Notes under the pieces: generated by a model
Databases searched by the model: none
What the model saw: the letters and a program-made list of their open reading frames with translations, nothing else
What the model was told of the DNA's origin: nothing
Made by a program: the position numbers and the translations under genes
Shown here: positions 36,743 through 47,030 of the stretch, one piece after another
Numbering within the stretch: position 1 is the first letter of the stretch
Layout of the letters: each line of letters begins with the position of its first letter
Assembly: GCF_018977255.1 (NCBI RefSeq)
Contig: NW_024704742.1
Coordinates: 53,508,001 to 53,572,000 of the forward strand
DNA from: Callorhinchus milii
Lineage: Eukaryota
DNA length: 64,000 nucleotides
Direction of reading: 5' to 3'

Positions 36743-37671
36743 TCTAACCGAAAAATGTTCACGTGGGGGTAAGAATATTCTGGTTTCTTCATAGTCGGTA
36801 AAACAGAATTGAGGCAATCATAGGAGAAACAAATTACATGTATCCGCTTAAATACAGTAAATACAGTTAAATACAGTTTCCATGGTGGGGAAAGGGAGGT
36901 ATGAACTTTCAGCTTCAAAGTACATCCTGTGAAACAGCACAGAAGTGCTTTAATCAATGATTTTGCCTCATTGTGCTCTGAGGCACGTAATACCACAATA
37001 ATGTGGACATTTTTTCACTTGCAAACAAATATTAAACCTTACTTTACTTTTATGCTCTACAGATATGGTAGACACAGAAAAAACAAACGTGGTTCAATTC
37101 CAGTCTGATAAATAAAACAACAGTAACAACAACTTGCACTTGAACAGCACCTTCCACATAAGAAAAAACAACAGAAGTTCTTCACAAAGATGATGGAAAA
37201 AGCTAAGGAAGGAGGTGTTGTTTCAGGTAAGTAACCCAAGGCATGATCAATGAGATAATTGTTTACAAGATACGTTTTTAAGACTGTTTTGAAGATAAGG
37301 AGAAAAGCACAAAGTGCAGAATTTTAGAAGAGAGTTCCAGTGAGCGGGTGCTTAGTGGCAGAGAATAATCCCTTTGTATATGTTTACGGGGTCATTCAAT
37401 CCATTGCCAATGTCCTTCATAGAGGAATCCTCCCTCATAGAGGAATTGACAAAGAAAGCACTTGATGTGCCATCTCTTGCCATTCTTGGATTCTTAGTAA
37501 GGAAGCCTTCTTCTACCTCCAAAAGTCTTTCTTTCATTGTGTATCATTGCCTCTGTAAGAGTCTGATGAGGTGCTGGGGTATTTTTATTTGATTATCCTC
37601 TGATGTTTACTGCACTACACTACATTACTGTTCGAGCTTGCTAGCAGGTGGATTGAAGAGACTGTAAAATA

Positions 37672-37994
37672 AATAATAATAATAATAATCCTTGCATTTG
37701 ATATAGCGCTTTTCACGTCGGGAGGACGTCCCAAAGCGCTTCACAGAACACACTGTAAAGTGAATTGACTGTATATTTGTGGGCGAACGCGGCAGCCAAT
37801 TGCACACAGCAATGTCCCACAAACAGTCGTAGATTGAAAAATGACCAATTTAATTATTGTTTTTGGTTTTTTGGAGGGATTATTATTAGGCGTGTGGAGT
37901 AAGGAAACTTGCCCAAGGTTTCGCCCTGCCTGGAATTGAACTCAGGTCTCTCACTTGCAAAGCGAGTGCTCTAACCACTGAGCTACAGGACTCC
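37672..37994 (-). mobile_element. Young tRNA-headed SINE, short form, full length, tail closest to young L2
   Basis: Head GGAGTCCTGTAGCTCAGTGGTTAGAGC; tail GCGCTTTGGGACGTCCTCCCGACGTGAAAAGCGCTATATCAAATGCAAGG(ATT)n. Confidence 0.95.
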
Positions 37995-38074
37995 TGTATC
38001 AAAGAATCAAAGAATGGTGTTCACATGGCATCTTTTCACCAGGATCCAGTAATAAATAATTAGTTCAGATAAAG

Positions 38075-38230
38075 ACCTCCATCTGTGACATTCCATTCCA
38101 AACACAGGAATATTCCCATGCATAGGTGGGATATATATTTGGAACTCTCAGTCTGGTTTGGATAATCTTAACCAAGGTGATGCATTTCTGCATGTGTCAG
38201 ATCACAATAAAATAAATAAAATAAATAAAA
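38075..38230 (+). repeat. Family X end fragment followed by an A-rich (AATAA-type) tail
   Basis: CATTCCATTCCAAACACAGGAATATTCCCATG...TTTCTGCATGTGTCAGATCACAATAAAATAAATAAAATAAATAAAA. Confidence 0.7.
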
Positions 38231-38867
38231 CTTATTAGAGTTCATGGCAGTACACATGCTTTACTAAAATGGCATGATGGGCTGAATTGCTAACTCCTGT
38301 TCTTATGAGTCGATGACAGATGCCCAGCATAAAAATCAATACAGTATAATATGCATTTATACAGCATGTTTCACCTTGCGAGGACTTCTCAAAGCACTTA
38401 AATCTAATATTATGCACCATAACACACCATTGAAAAGAATGTTCAAAGAACTTGCAGCCACTTGTCTCTAGTCTGAATCCTAGAGGGGACTCTACCTTAT
38501 GGTTCATGATAACGCAGTGTTCATACCAGGTTTTGCTATGTAATGGACCAACCCATTTTCTAACACTATAATTGTTCTCCATGTAGATCGAGACATCCAT
38601 TTCTGCAGGAAAGGTTTGGTTCAATACTGGTCAAGTCTGACAGCAGCTGTAATCTATCTATGCTTACTTTTAATGGGTTTAGAATTGAACTGTAGTAAGT
38701 CAATTTTTTTCAGTATATTGAGTGGGTGCTTTGGTAAGTTATTTGTTACTTTTCATTCAGTGCGCCGAGATAAATATGTTTTGACAGTTATTTTTTTCAG
38801 AACAAAATGCTGTCTGTCGTTGTTGACTCAATGCTGTAGTCTAGAGTGACATTTTAGTGCTGGATTG

Positions 38868-39160
38868 TTGTAGGTACCGTCCTTCAGATGAGACGTTACA
38901 CCAAGGTCCCATCTGCCTATTCAAATGGACATTAAAGATCCAATGACAATAATTGAAAAGAAAAGAGTTTCTCCCGTGTCCTGGCCAACAACCCCACAGA
39001 TAAAATTGGGCATTCACTTCATGGCTATTTGTGGGACATTGCTATCTGTATATCAGCTGCTGATTTTACTTACAAATAGACAGTGTATACTTTACAGTGT
39101 GTCCTGTGAAGTTCTTTGAGACATCCTCCTGATCTAATCCAATGCAAGTTTATTATTATC
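38868..39160 (+). mobile_element. Old DeuSINE-type SINE, Deu domain and tail
   Basis: CCGTCCTTCAGATGAGACGTTACACCAAGG...TGGACATTAAAGATCC...GTCCTGGCCAAC...TTTGTGGGACATTGCT. Confidence 0.85.
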
Positions 39161-39634
39161 ATGCTACATCTTCTTCAGGAGTGTTGAATAAATTTACAAT
39201 GCACTTTAGTTACAGATTAAATACAGTAATTATTTTGTAGTAGAACCTCTCTTAAGATCCAATGTATCAAATACAAGGATTATTACTATTAATAGTAGTT
39301 AAACAACCATCATCTAACAAGTGCTTAATGCTGCAGTCTTTATAGGTTTCAGCTGAAAAACCTGCTTTTATGAAATTGTGTTTTAACAGTCCCAGCTCAA
39401 TAAAAGTAGGCCATCCCCTTGAATTGAAAGCAAACAAGTTCATGTATAGCCAATGTTTGTACTCACTGGGACGAGTCACTAAAGAAGCAGTTGATCAGAC
39501 ACTTGTGCCATAAGTTAACATTTCATAACAAAATCATGTACGTTTTCTTCTTGCTTTACAAATATCAACGCTGCACGAGGAGGCAATTAATAGATGTTTA
39601 AAAACAAAATTCTGATGCCCATACACCAAAATAA

Positions 39635-39895
39635 AAATAATACTTCTTGCATCTGGTATAGCTTCTTTCATGTCTGGGAAGACATCCAAAGCACTTCACA
39701 GGAGTTACTGCAAAATGAATGACTGTGTATTTTGTAGGTGAACACAAAACCAATAAGCACACAGCAAGGTCCCACAACCGAACAGCCAATTTTATCTGGG
39801 GGACTATCGGCCGGGAGACTGCGAGAAACTCCTTTTACTTTGCGAATAGTGCCATGGGATCCTTTTTGACTGTCTTAACAGGCAGACAGGACATC
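39635..39895 (-). mobile_element. Old DeuSINE-type SINE
   Basis: GCACACAGCAAGGTCCCACAA...GCGAATAGTGCCATGGGATC. Confidence 0.8.
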
Positions 39896-41114
39896 TAACC
39901 AAAACAAATTGTATATCTCACATTTGTCCCAGACATATAAAACATCTTTATTTTTCCCTTTTTCCATTTTATTCCTAACCTACATTTTTTTACTTCATCT
40001 ACTAGCCTGCTGTTATCTGTCTGTTTTTCTCATAATGACATATTTCTTTACACATTATTCAGCCACAATTTTCTCTGTTTGGGAGTTATTTTGTTACTTG
40101 TTTAAATTTGGCAATTGGTTTGTACTCAGTTATTTTGCTCTGTTTTAGTGAATTTGACACTCATCAATAAATGGAATGAAATTTTAAATTCGAAAAGAAA
40201 ATTGAATTCTATACAGAGAAGTGAATTACACATTCATGACAGTTATATACAGTAACAAATTAGCTCAAATAATTTTGAGTAAACAGAGCAAAACTATTCC
40301 TCTTTGCGTTGATTTATTTTTGATATCTTCTTTTGAGTATTGGTTGTTTATTCGTGTTTTTTGTTCTTTTTTCCCCAATTCGTGCCCCACTTAATGTTTA
40401 TTCTTCTGTGTGTCATTCTCATTCCTCATCTAAATCTATGTTTCACTGTTTCTCCTTTTATCTCTTTCACCCAGATTCTATTCTTCTGCTCCCTCCTCCT
40501 ATGACCTTCCAGGCTCTGACCTTCTCTCTGCCCAGATCTAACATTACAATCTCCCAGCTATGCTCTCATTATTTTCTACCCCTGCTCAACTCAGGCAATT
40601 TCCTGGCTCTGTCCTTCTCTAGATCCAGATTCTATTCCCATTATCCTGTCAATTCAATGATACAGATGCCCGCACACTGCTGCTTGACTATTCTATATTG
40701 CACTCACTCCCAGTTACAACAGCTTTACTTTTCAGAGATTATATGGGTTGTAATTATGGGAGACAAATGTTTAAAGAGATAATGTCAGTTTGGGGTTATT
40801 TTGCAGTGGTTCAATTGCCCCTCTGAGAATCTGGTGAGGAGTTTCCTTTTTGCTTAGAAACGTCCAGGTTGGGGAAGCCAGTGCTCAACCAAACACAGAT
40901 TAAAAACTCAGTTAGTGAGATTAATGCCTAGCAACTATACGGAGCTATCTGAGACTGGAGCACAGAGTGATCCAACTTGACCAATGACAAGCAAATTATT
41001 GGAATCTGGGCATACTCGGGTGCCTCCAGAAGACTTGATAACCAGCTCCCTGCTTTTTCATGCAAATTATGTCACAAGACAGTTACAGCCTTGTCAATCT
41101 CTTGCACAGTGACT

Positions 41115-41443
41115 GCTGGTCACCTCCCTACCTCTCCGATCTCCTCACTGCCCAATCCACCACACGGCGCCTCTGCTCGACTGGTACCGGCATCCTGCTC
41201 GCCCCCTGCACCATTGGAGGTCGTGTTTTCAGTCACTACGCCCCGAAACTCTGGAACGGTCTCCGTCAATCCCTCCACCTTGCTCCCTTTCTCCCCTTTT
41301 TCAAATCCTGCCTGAAAACCTTCCTTTTCGACCGTGTTTACAGCCACCTCCCCACCCCGCTTGGAGTACTGTTAAGCGCTCTGAGACACTACCCTGCATG
41401 GAGGGTGCTATATAAGTGCAAGTTGTTGTTGTTTGTTGTTGTT
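41115..41443 (+). mobile_element. L2 LINE 3' fragment
   Basis: PPYLSDLL...GGRVFSHYAPKLWNGL...[12 protein letters not shown]; tail AAGTGCAA(GTT)n. Confidence 0.9.
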
Positions 41444-41754
41444 GATCTTGTTCTTTAAATTAACCATGGGCCAGTGGTGTTCAGAGACAGAGCCCTGGTG
41501 GGAGTATGCTCTTGGTTTTCAGACGCTTCTAAGACTTGTTTTTATTGCCCTTTTTACTCATTTTAATGCAATAAAAAAAACCTACATGCAAACCAAGGCA
41601 CATATAACTTCTGATTATTTAACTATTATGTGATTTTCTTTTGAAAATAAGTGCTGAAATCTAGTGAAACGAAATATGGTCTTCAACTAATCGTTTTCAT
41701 CATCGTTTAATGTAAACCTCGTGCACAAGTGACCAATGACCAATAGATAATTAA

Positions 41755-41897
41755 TTGGGGAGGACAAGTTTGCAGGGCTATGGGGTGGGTGCGGGGGAGT
41801 GGGATTGAATTGGATAACTCTTTTAAAAGAGCCGGCATACACAGACACGATGGGCTGAACGGCCTCCTTCTGTGCTTTTTAATTCTATGATTCTATG
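41755..41897 (+). mobile_element. CR1 3' terminus
   Basis: GCAGGGCTATGGGG...GAGCCGGCATACAGACACGATGGGCTGAACGGCCTCCTTCTGTGC...TTCTATGATTCTATG. Confidence 0.85.
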
Positions 41898-42722
41898 ACG
41901 AGGTAGCGGCTGGAAAACAAGTATCTGGTCTAATGGGAGCCCAGTGGAGAGCAGGGATTGTCCAATTGGATCCCCAATAAAAGTGGTGACCATCGAATAG
42001 CAGTACAACATGGATCTAAAACTGTCCAATGAGAGCGTGCCTGGGCCCCCATGTTCCTCCAGTCGCGGTCTGCGCATTCCCTAAATTAGGGGGGTTACAG
42101 AGCCCCTCCAAGCTCTAGTCAAATTCAGCCTATGAATTCAACGCTGGTCTTAAAGTAATCCTAAAAAATGGAATTTACAGTTAAATGATGATGCTTTTGA
42201 TTCCACCTGTTAAGAAGGGCCAAATAAGTTTTTTATGCTAATAATGTTGATTTTTCATTGTTTACTTTCACCTCCAAAAATGGTCTCCAGAAACTTGCTA
42301 GGATTTTGAAACCGATTGGCTTATTTGAATCTCCAAATTCTGTCATCAACTCCATTAACATCATGACGGAATTTCAGGCCCATTAAGTTTAATCTTGCAG
42401 ATGATAAAAAGCCCTTGTAAACGGCTGTATAGAGACAGGTTAGATAAAATTAATTTGGGTTTTATCAAAAATGTCACAACGTCAAAAGGGTTTGATTATT
42501 TTAAGTTCATTATCTTTTTTCATCCTGTGCAAAAATTATAGTACAGTGTTTTTTGCTTTTATTGCTTGCTTCATTGACAAATTGTGTTTTACTCCACTTC
42601 ATTAATCTTCTTCAGGTAAGCATTAAAATACAATCCATGATTGCCTAAGTCTTTCCCACTGCATGCTCAATTTGCATCTGGTCAATAATACATTAGTCTT
42701 CCAAGAGAGTTGCTTGCAGTTA

Positions 42723-43480
42723 ATGACAACAAGAAGTTGCATTAATATAGCACCTTTCATGCTGGATAGGGTCTTGGAGGGTTGCGCAGTGGCAAGGTTG
42801 GATTCTGAAGCAAGGGAGAAGGAGAACAGGAGTGATAAAAAGGATGGTTGAAGAGGTATTTCTTAAAGAGGGATTTAAAGATAGATAAAGAGGGGGCAAG
42901 GCAGAGGAATTGAGGCAGGCAGTTCCAGAGGTTATGAGCCTAGCGGCTGAAGGGATAGGTAAAGTGATTGGAGGATCCGCAGCAGGCCTGTGCCAGCTGA
43001 GTGAAGAGGATGGGCAGATGATCGGGTGTGAACAATCAGAGAGATAGGAATCTGTTTGGGCATAAAGGGATTTGTATGTGAGTGTGATGATCTTTGAGAC
43101 AGGGAGCTAGTGGAACTTGGGGGTGATGAGCGGGCACAGTTTGGTACAGGCAAGGGTCTAGGTGGATTAATTGAACTTTGTAGATGGTGGACCTGAGGAG
43201 ACCAGTGAAAAGTGTATTTGAGAAGTTGAGCCAGGAGGTAACAAAGATGTGGATGAGTGTTTCAGTGACATTTGTTTTGAGGTTGGGTCAGAAGTTGGTA
43301 ATGGTGCAGAGTTAGAGGAAAACAGTTTTGGTCAAGGACCGAAGATGCCAAGATTGGGTACTAGTTTAGTAAGTTTGAGAGAGAGACTGAAGAGGTTGAG
43401 GATATCGAAGCCGTAGGTGAGAAGGCACTTATAGGAGTCAATGAATGATGGCATCTGTCATGTCTATATTTAGCTGCAGG
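42723..43480 (-). mobile_element. Old degenerate L2 LINE
   Basis: AACAAGAAGTTGCATTAATATAGCACC tail; GTTCCAGAGG, GGCTGAAGG, GAGCCAGGAGGT blocks colinear with younger L2 copies. Confidence 0.7.
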
Positions 43481-44173
43481 TTCATCCAAAGCATATCAAA
43501 TGCAAGGATTATAATTATTATTCTGGGCATTACCTCTCACGTATGAAAATATGAAAAGAAAAAGTCAAAGGGAGAAACGTAATAGAGATTTATTTGGGAA
43601 GAATGGTGCACAGCCTGTCAGATGGGATTAAAACAGAGTAACCCACCGTTCAATGGAAAAAATGGAAAATAATTGTTATGACCATATTATGCTGAGATGT
43701 GGTGACAACACATAACCTATATGTGTAAAAATAACTATCTCTAAACAACACGGGTCCGCACACCAAAACAGATGTTGTAACTGGTGTAAGATATAAACAC
43801 CCCCTGCAACCATCTTTGATAGAACTCAGTTCAGAGGAATAGTTGCTGTCTAAGCCCATTGTCAGTGATGTGAGCATGTTTTGATGCCAACAAGAATGAT
43901 ATCTGGAAGCTAAGGGAGACAGACATGATCAGGTCCTTAAAATGACAAGAGCCATAAATGATGCAGATTCAAACAGATTATTTGTCAGACAGTGAGAACA
44001 GAACTAAAGTTAAAATTTAAAAAAAGGTGACAGTTGGAGCAGAGTTGATTGGGCATTTAAAAAGGACTTAGATAAGCAGATGTGGAGGAAGAATTTTAGA
44101 GGCTGCAGAAAAAAAGCAGAGAATTGGAATTAGGATACATAGCTTCATTAGAGGAACAAACACCAACACTAAT

Positions 44174-44279
44174 ACAATAAAAACAGACGTTGCTAGGAAC
44201 ACTCAGTTGGTCAGGCAGGATCTATGGCGAGAGGAAAGTGAGTTAACGTTTCAGGCTGATGACCTTTTGTCAGAACTGA
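44174..44279 (-). mobile_element. 106-bp Penelope-like terminal-repeat mini-element with 12-bp TSD
   Basis: ACCAACACTAAT at 44162-44173 and 44280-44291 flanks the insert; minus strand TCAGTTCTGACAAAAGGTCATCAGCCTGAAACGTTAACTC...CCTGCCTGACCAACTGAGTGTTCCTAGCAACGTCTGTTTTTATT. Confidence 0.75.
44241..44277 (-). ncRNA. Minimal type I hammerhead ribozyme motif, probably inactivated
   Basis: AGUU (stem I) CUGACAA A AGGU-caUCa-GCCU (stem II) GAAA CG UU AACU (stem I'); core CUGANGA reads CUGACAA. Confidence 0.7.
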
Positions 44280-44414
44280 ACCAACACTAATGTAATGGAT
44301 CAAATGGCCTCTTACTATGTCATCAATTTATTTAATCCTATGTGACTGAAGGCTAGACTTTCTTTCAATCTCAAAACGTATTCGTTATGTGGAATATAGT
44401 GGGATAATCTGTGA

Positions 44415-44580
44415 CATAGGAACATAAGAACAGGAGTCGGCCATTCAGCCCTTCGAGCCTTTTTCGGCATTCAATTAGATCATGGCTAATCTGTACCTCA
44501 ACTATTCCTGTCAATTCCAATTTTCCTAATATCCATTGAAACCCTGACATTTGTTGATCTGAAAAAATATTCAATTAAAT
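44415..44580 (-). mobile_element. CR1 3' terminus
   Basis: CATAGGAACATAAGAACAGGAGTCGGCCATTCAGCCCTTCGAGCC. Confidence 0.85.
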
Positions 44581-44657
44581 CTGCAATGAAGGGTGGAATT
44601 TCAGGCAATTCCACCCAGACTGGATCAGAACATCCTTGTGATTATCTACTCATAGCA

Positions 44658-44948
44658 GGATGAAACCTTAGGCAAATTTCCATACTGCATATGCTTTGTT
44701 TACCTAGCAGTAAGTTGGAACCCGGATGTTAGTTGATTGGCGGATCACTTTTCTGAAGATAATAATAATCACTTTAAAAAAATTGTCACTCAATCCACAA
44801 TTGTTTGTGGAACACTGCTGTGCACAATTGCATCCCATGTTTCACCCACAAAATATACAATCAATTCACTTTACAGAATATTCTATGAAGCGCTTTGAGA
44901 CGTCTTGAAGAAATGATAAGACTCTATATCAAATGCAAGAATTATTAT
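44658..44948 (+). mobile_element. Young SINE, long form, 5'-truncated
   Basis: GAAACCTTAGGCAAATTTCC...TGTTTACCTAGCAGTAAG...TTAGTTGATTGGCGGATCAC...AAATGCAAGAATTATT. Confidence 0.9.
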
Positions 44949-45130
44949 TCAAGACTGAGATCGATAGATTTTTAAAAACTGAAGGGTTTAAGGGTTATGG
45001 GGATAGGATGGGTAAATGGAATTAGGTTAGAAGATCAGCAATGATCTTATTAAATGGCAGGGCAGGCTCAAGGGGCCGAATGGCCTACTCTTATTTCTTA
45101 TGTTCTAATATTCTTATGTTCTTATATTCT
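44949..45130 (+). mobile_element. CR1 3' terminus
   Basis: TTCAAGACTGAGATCGATAGATTTT...GGCTCAAGGGGCCGAATGGCCTACTC...(TTCTTATG)n. Confidence 0.88.
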
Positions 45131-46589
45131 TATTCTTATTATTATCACAATGGCTTCCTCCAGAACCTTTACAAATTGCTTATCTGTAATTTTTTTCCAG
45201 CCCAAAAGAAAATTATGTTTTCAAAAATGGACAAATGGAGATTTTCAGGCTATTTTCATTCTGCTAAAGACAGACAGGGTATACTGTAAAGTCCTGGCAG
45301 TGAACCCCCTCAGTCCCCACCCCACTTCTACCAACATTAATTCTTCCCCCGAGAGCTGTCAATTGATCATTGTTATAAGTTAAAAGAAAAATAACAAGAA
45401 ATAGATACTGAACAAATTTTAATTTGGGTTTTCACACAGAGTATGCACACAGTCGCACTACTTAACAGTATACCCTGTGAAGTGCTTTGAGACTTCTCAA
45501 TGATGTGATAAGGTGCGATATCAAACACAAGGATGATTATTATCATTATTAATAAAGTCAATAACAGCATTAATAGCAAGACATTGCAATTATCGGTTAC
45601 TGAATATAAAGGATTATCAGAATGCTGATCAGCAGAAGCTATGGTGACAATCCTGCCAAAACATTTGGCTGTTCTATGCTATAATGCTATCATTACAGCT
45701 CTGGTGTGATTCCAGTGTTGACTGTAATAGTGAAAAGTTGATAATGGGAAGATAATGCAGCAGTTAATGGAGTAGCAATTTATACACCATTTCATTAGAG
45801 GAAGCACATTGTATGCCAGCAGCATTTATAGATTCCACCGATGAGTAATCAACTGAGAAAATTAGAAAAACATTGTATAAAACCAATCAGTGTCTGACGC
45901 TTCAGGCAGAGTTAAGCAATTTTCCTCAGCACTGATGAAGGGAAGACTGAAATGAGCCAAAATAAGCTGGTTTCATGTGGTGTTAAGCTCTTTATTTCAG
46001 TTTAACAACTTTCTGCCTTGTTCTCCTTATTTGTTTGCCATATTCTCCAGCATTTATCTGTATTCCACACAGGTGATTGTAATTATTTTCTGGCTCAAGT
46101 CAGATTCTTGAAATATTCTTTCTTATTTACATATTCTTTGAATCTATTGATGTGCCTTAGGACTTTAGGACATGATAATACGACTGATAAAGCGGTTAAA
46201 GGCAGTGGCAACACTAAATCATAACCAGAGTTAAAGAGAGAAATACCATAAACAATTTATTTGATTTTAAGCTTATTGGGGTGAAAATTGCAATGGATGA
46301 TGTGTTAATTATCACTGATAATCAGACCCCTGCTCAGTATTAGCTTTGATGAATACTGCCAATTGCTAACATCATTGCTCTGGATGTTTCCTTGTTGACT
46401 GAAACGGTGAAGGGTCAATAATGGGAAAAAATGTAGTTTCTCAATTCTGTCACAATGATTGGGCTGAAATTCAACTGTGGCAGTTACTGCATGTTTGGCT
46501 CTTGCACTGAGAGAAGGATATTGGTTCAAATTTGATTTTAATTTCTTGATATACATGTGAAACATGTTAGCTTTGTTCAATTGTTTACA

Positions 46590-47030
46590 GATAGAAACGT
46601 CCCTGTGTCTGGATAGAATGCATACTCTCTCCCTGGAGGGACACAACCTGCTTACCTAATTCTGGAATGTATTGGGTGCAGGTTAGCAAAGCCCAAGACC
46701 TGCATTGGGGTACTGCTGGAGTTTAACCAACTAAAACCACATGGCTTGCCATTGAACACTGTCTTCCTGCTGCTTGTCCAGTTAGGACGACCATACTCTT
46801 TAAGGTTTCGGTTTACAGGATTAACAGGATCTGAGTGGGAAGCTTCCCTGCTCTCAGTGACTGATCTGAACCCTCCAAATCCAAGTCGGATGATGTAGTC
46901 TGTCTGATCTGTCATTAGCAGTGCCCTGGAGTATCATGGACGTGCCTTGACTCCCAGACTACTGAGACTTCCACAAAGGATTGATTTGATTCCAACGTTC
47001 TCAACAGTAGGTACCAGACGCTGCCTGCAA
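46590..47030 (-). repeat. Family X repeat
   Basis: GAATGCATACTCTCTCCCTGGAGGGACAC.ACCTGCTTACCTAATTC...CAACTAAAACCACATGGCTTG...CCAGACTACTGAGACT. Confidence 0.8.

Larger units (their letters stand above)
43900..44345 (+). mobile_element. Old CR1 3' fragment hosting the hammerhead insert
   Basis: CTAAGGGAGAC..ATGATCAGGTCC, GCATTTAAAAAGGACTTAGATAAG (AFKKDLD), terminus ATGGATCAAATGGCCTCTTAC. Confidence 0.65.

Noticed and set aside
37352..37592. Short overlapping ORFs with protein-like composition
   Set aside because: No motif recognised; contains a small local duplication (TCATAGAGGAAT twice); cannot support coding status.
40060..40300. AT-rich inverted matches (TTTTGCTCTGTTT / AAACAGAGCAAAA)
   Set aside because: Symmetry is patchy with no definable termini; may be an old MITE but unsupported.
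45928..45960. CTGATGAAGGGAAGACTGAAA hammerhead-like boxes
   Set aside because: Only a 2-bp stem II, no stem III/UH or stem I.
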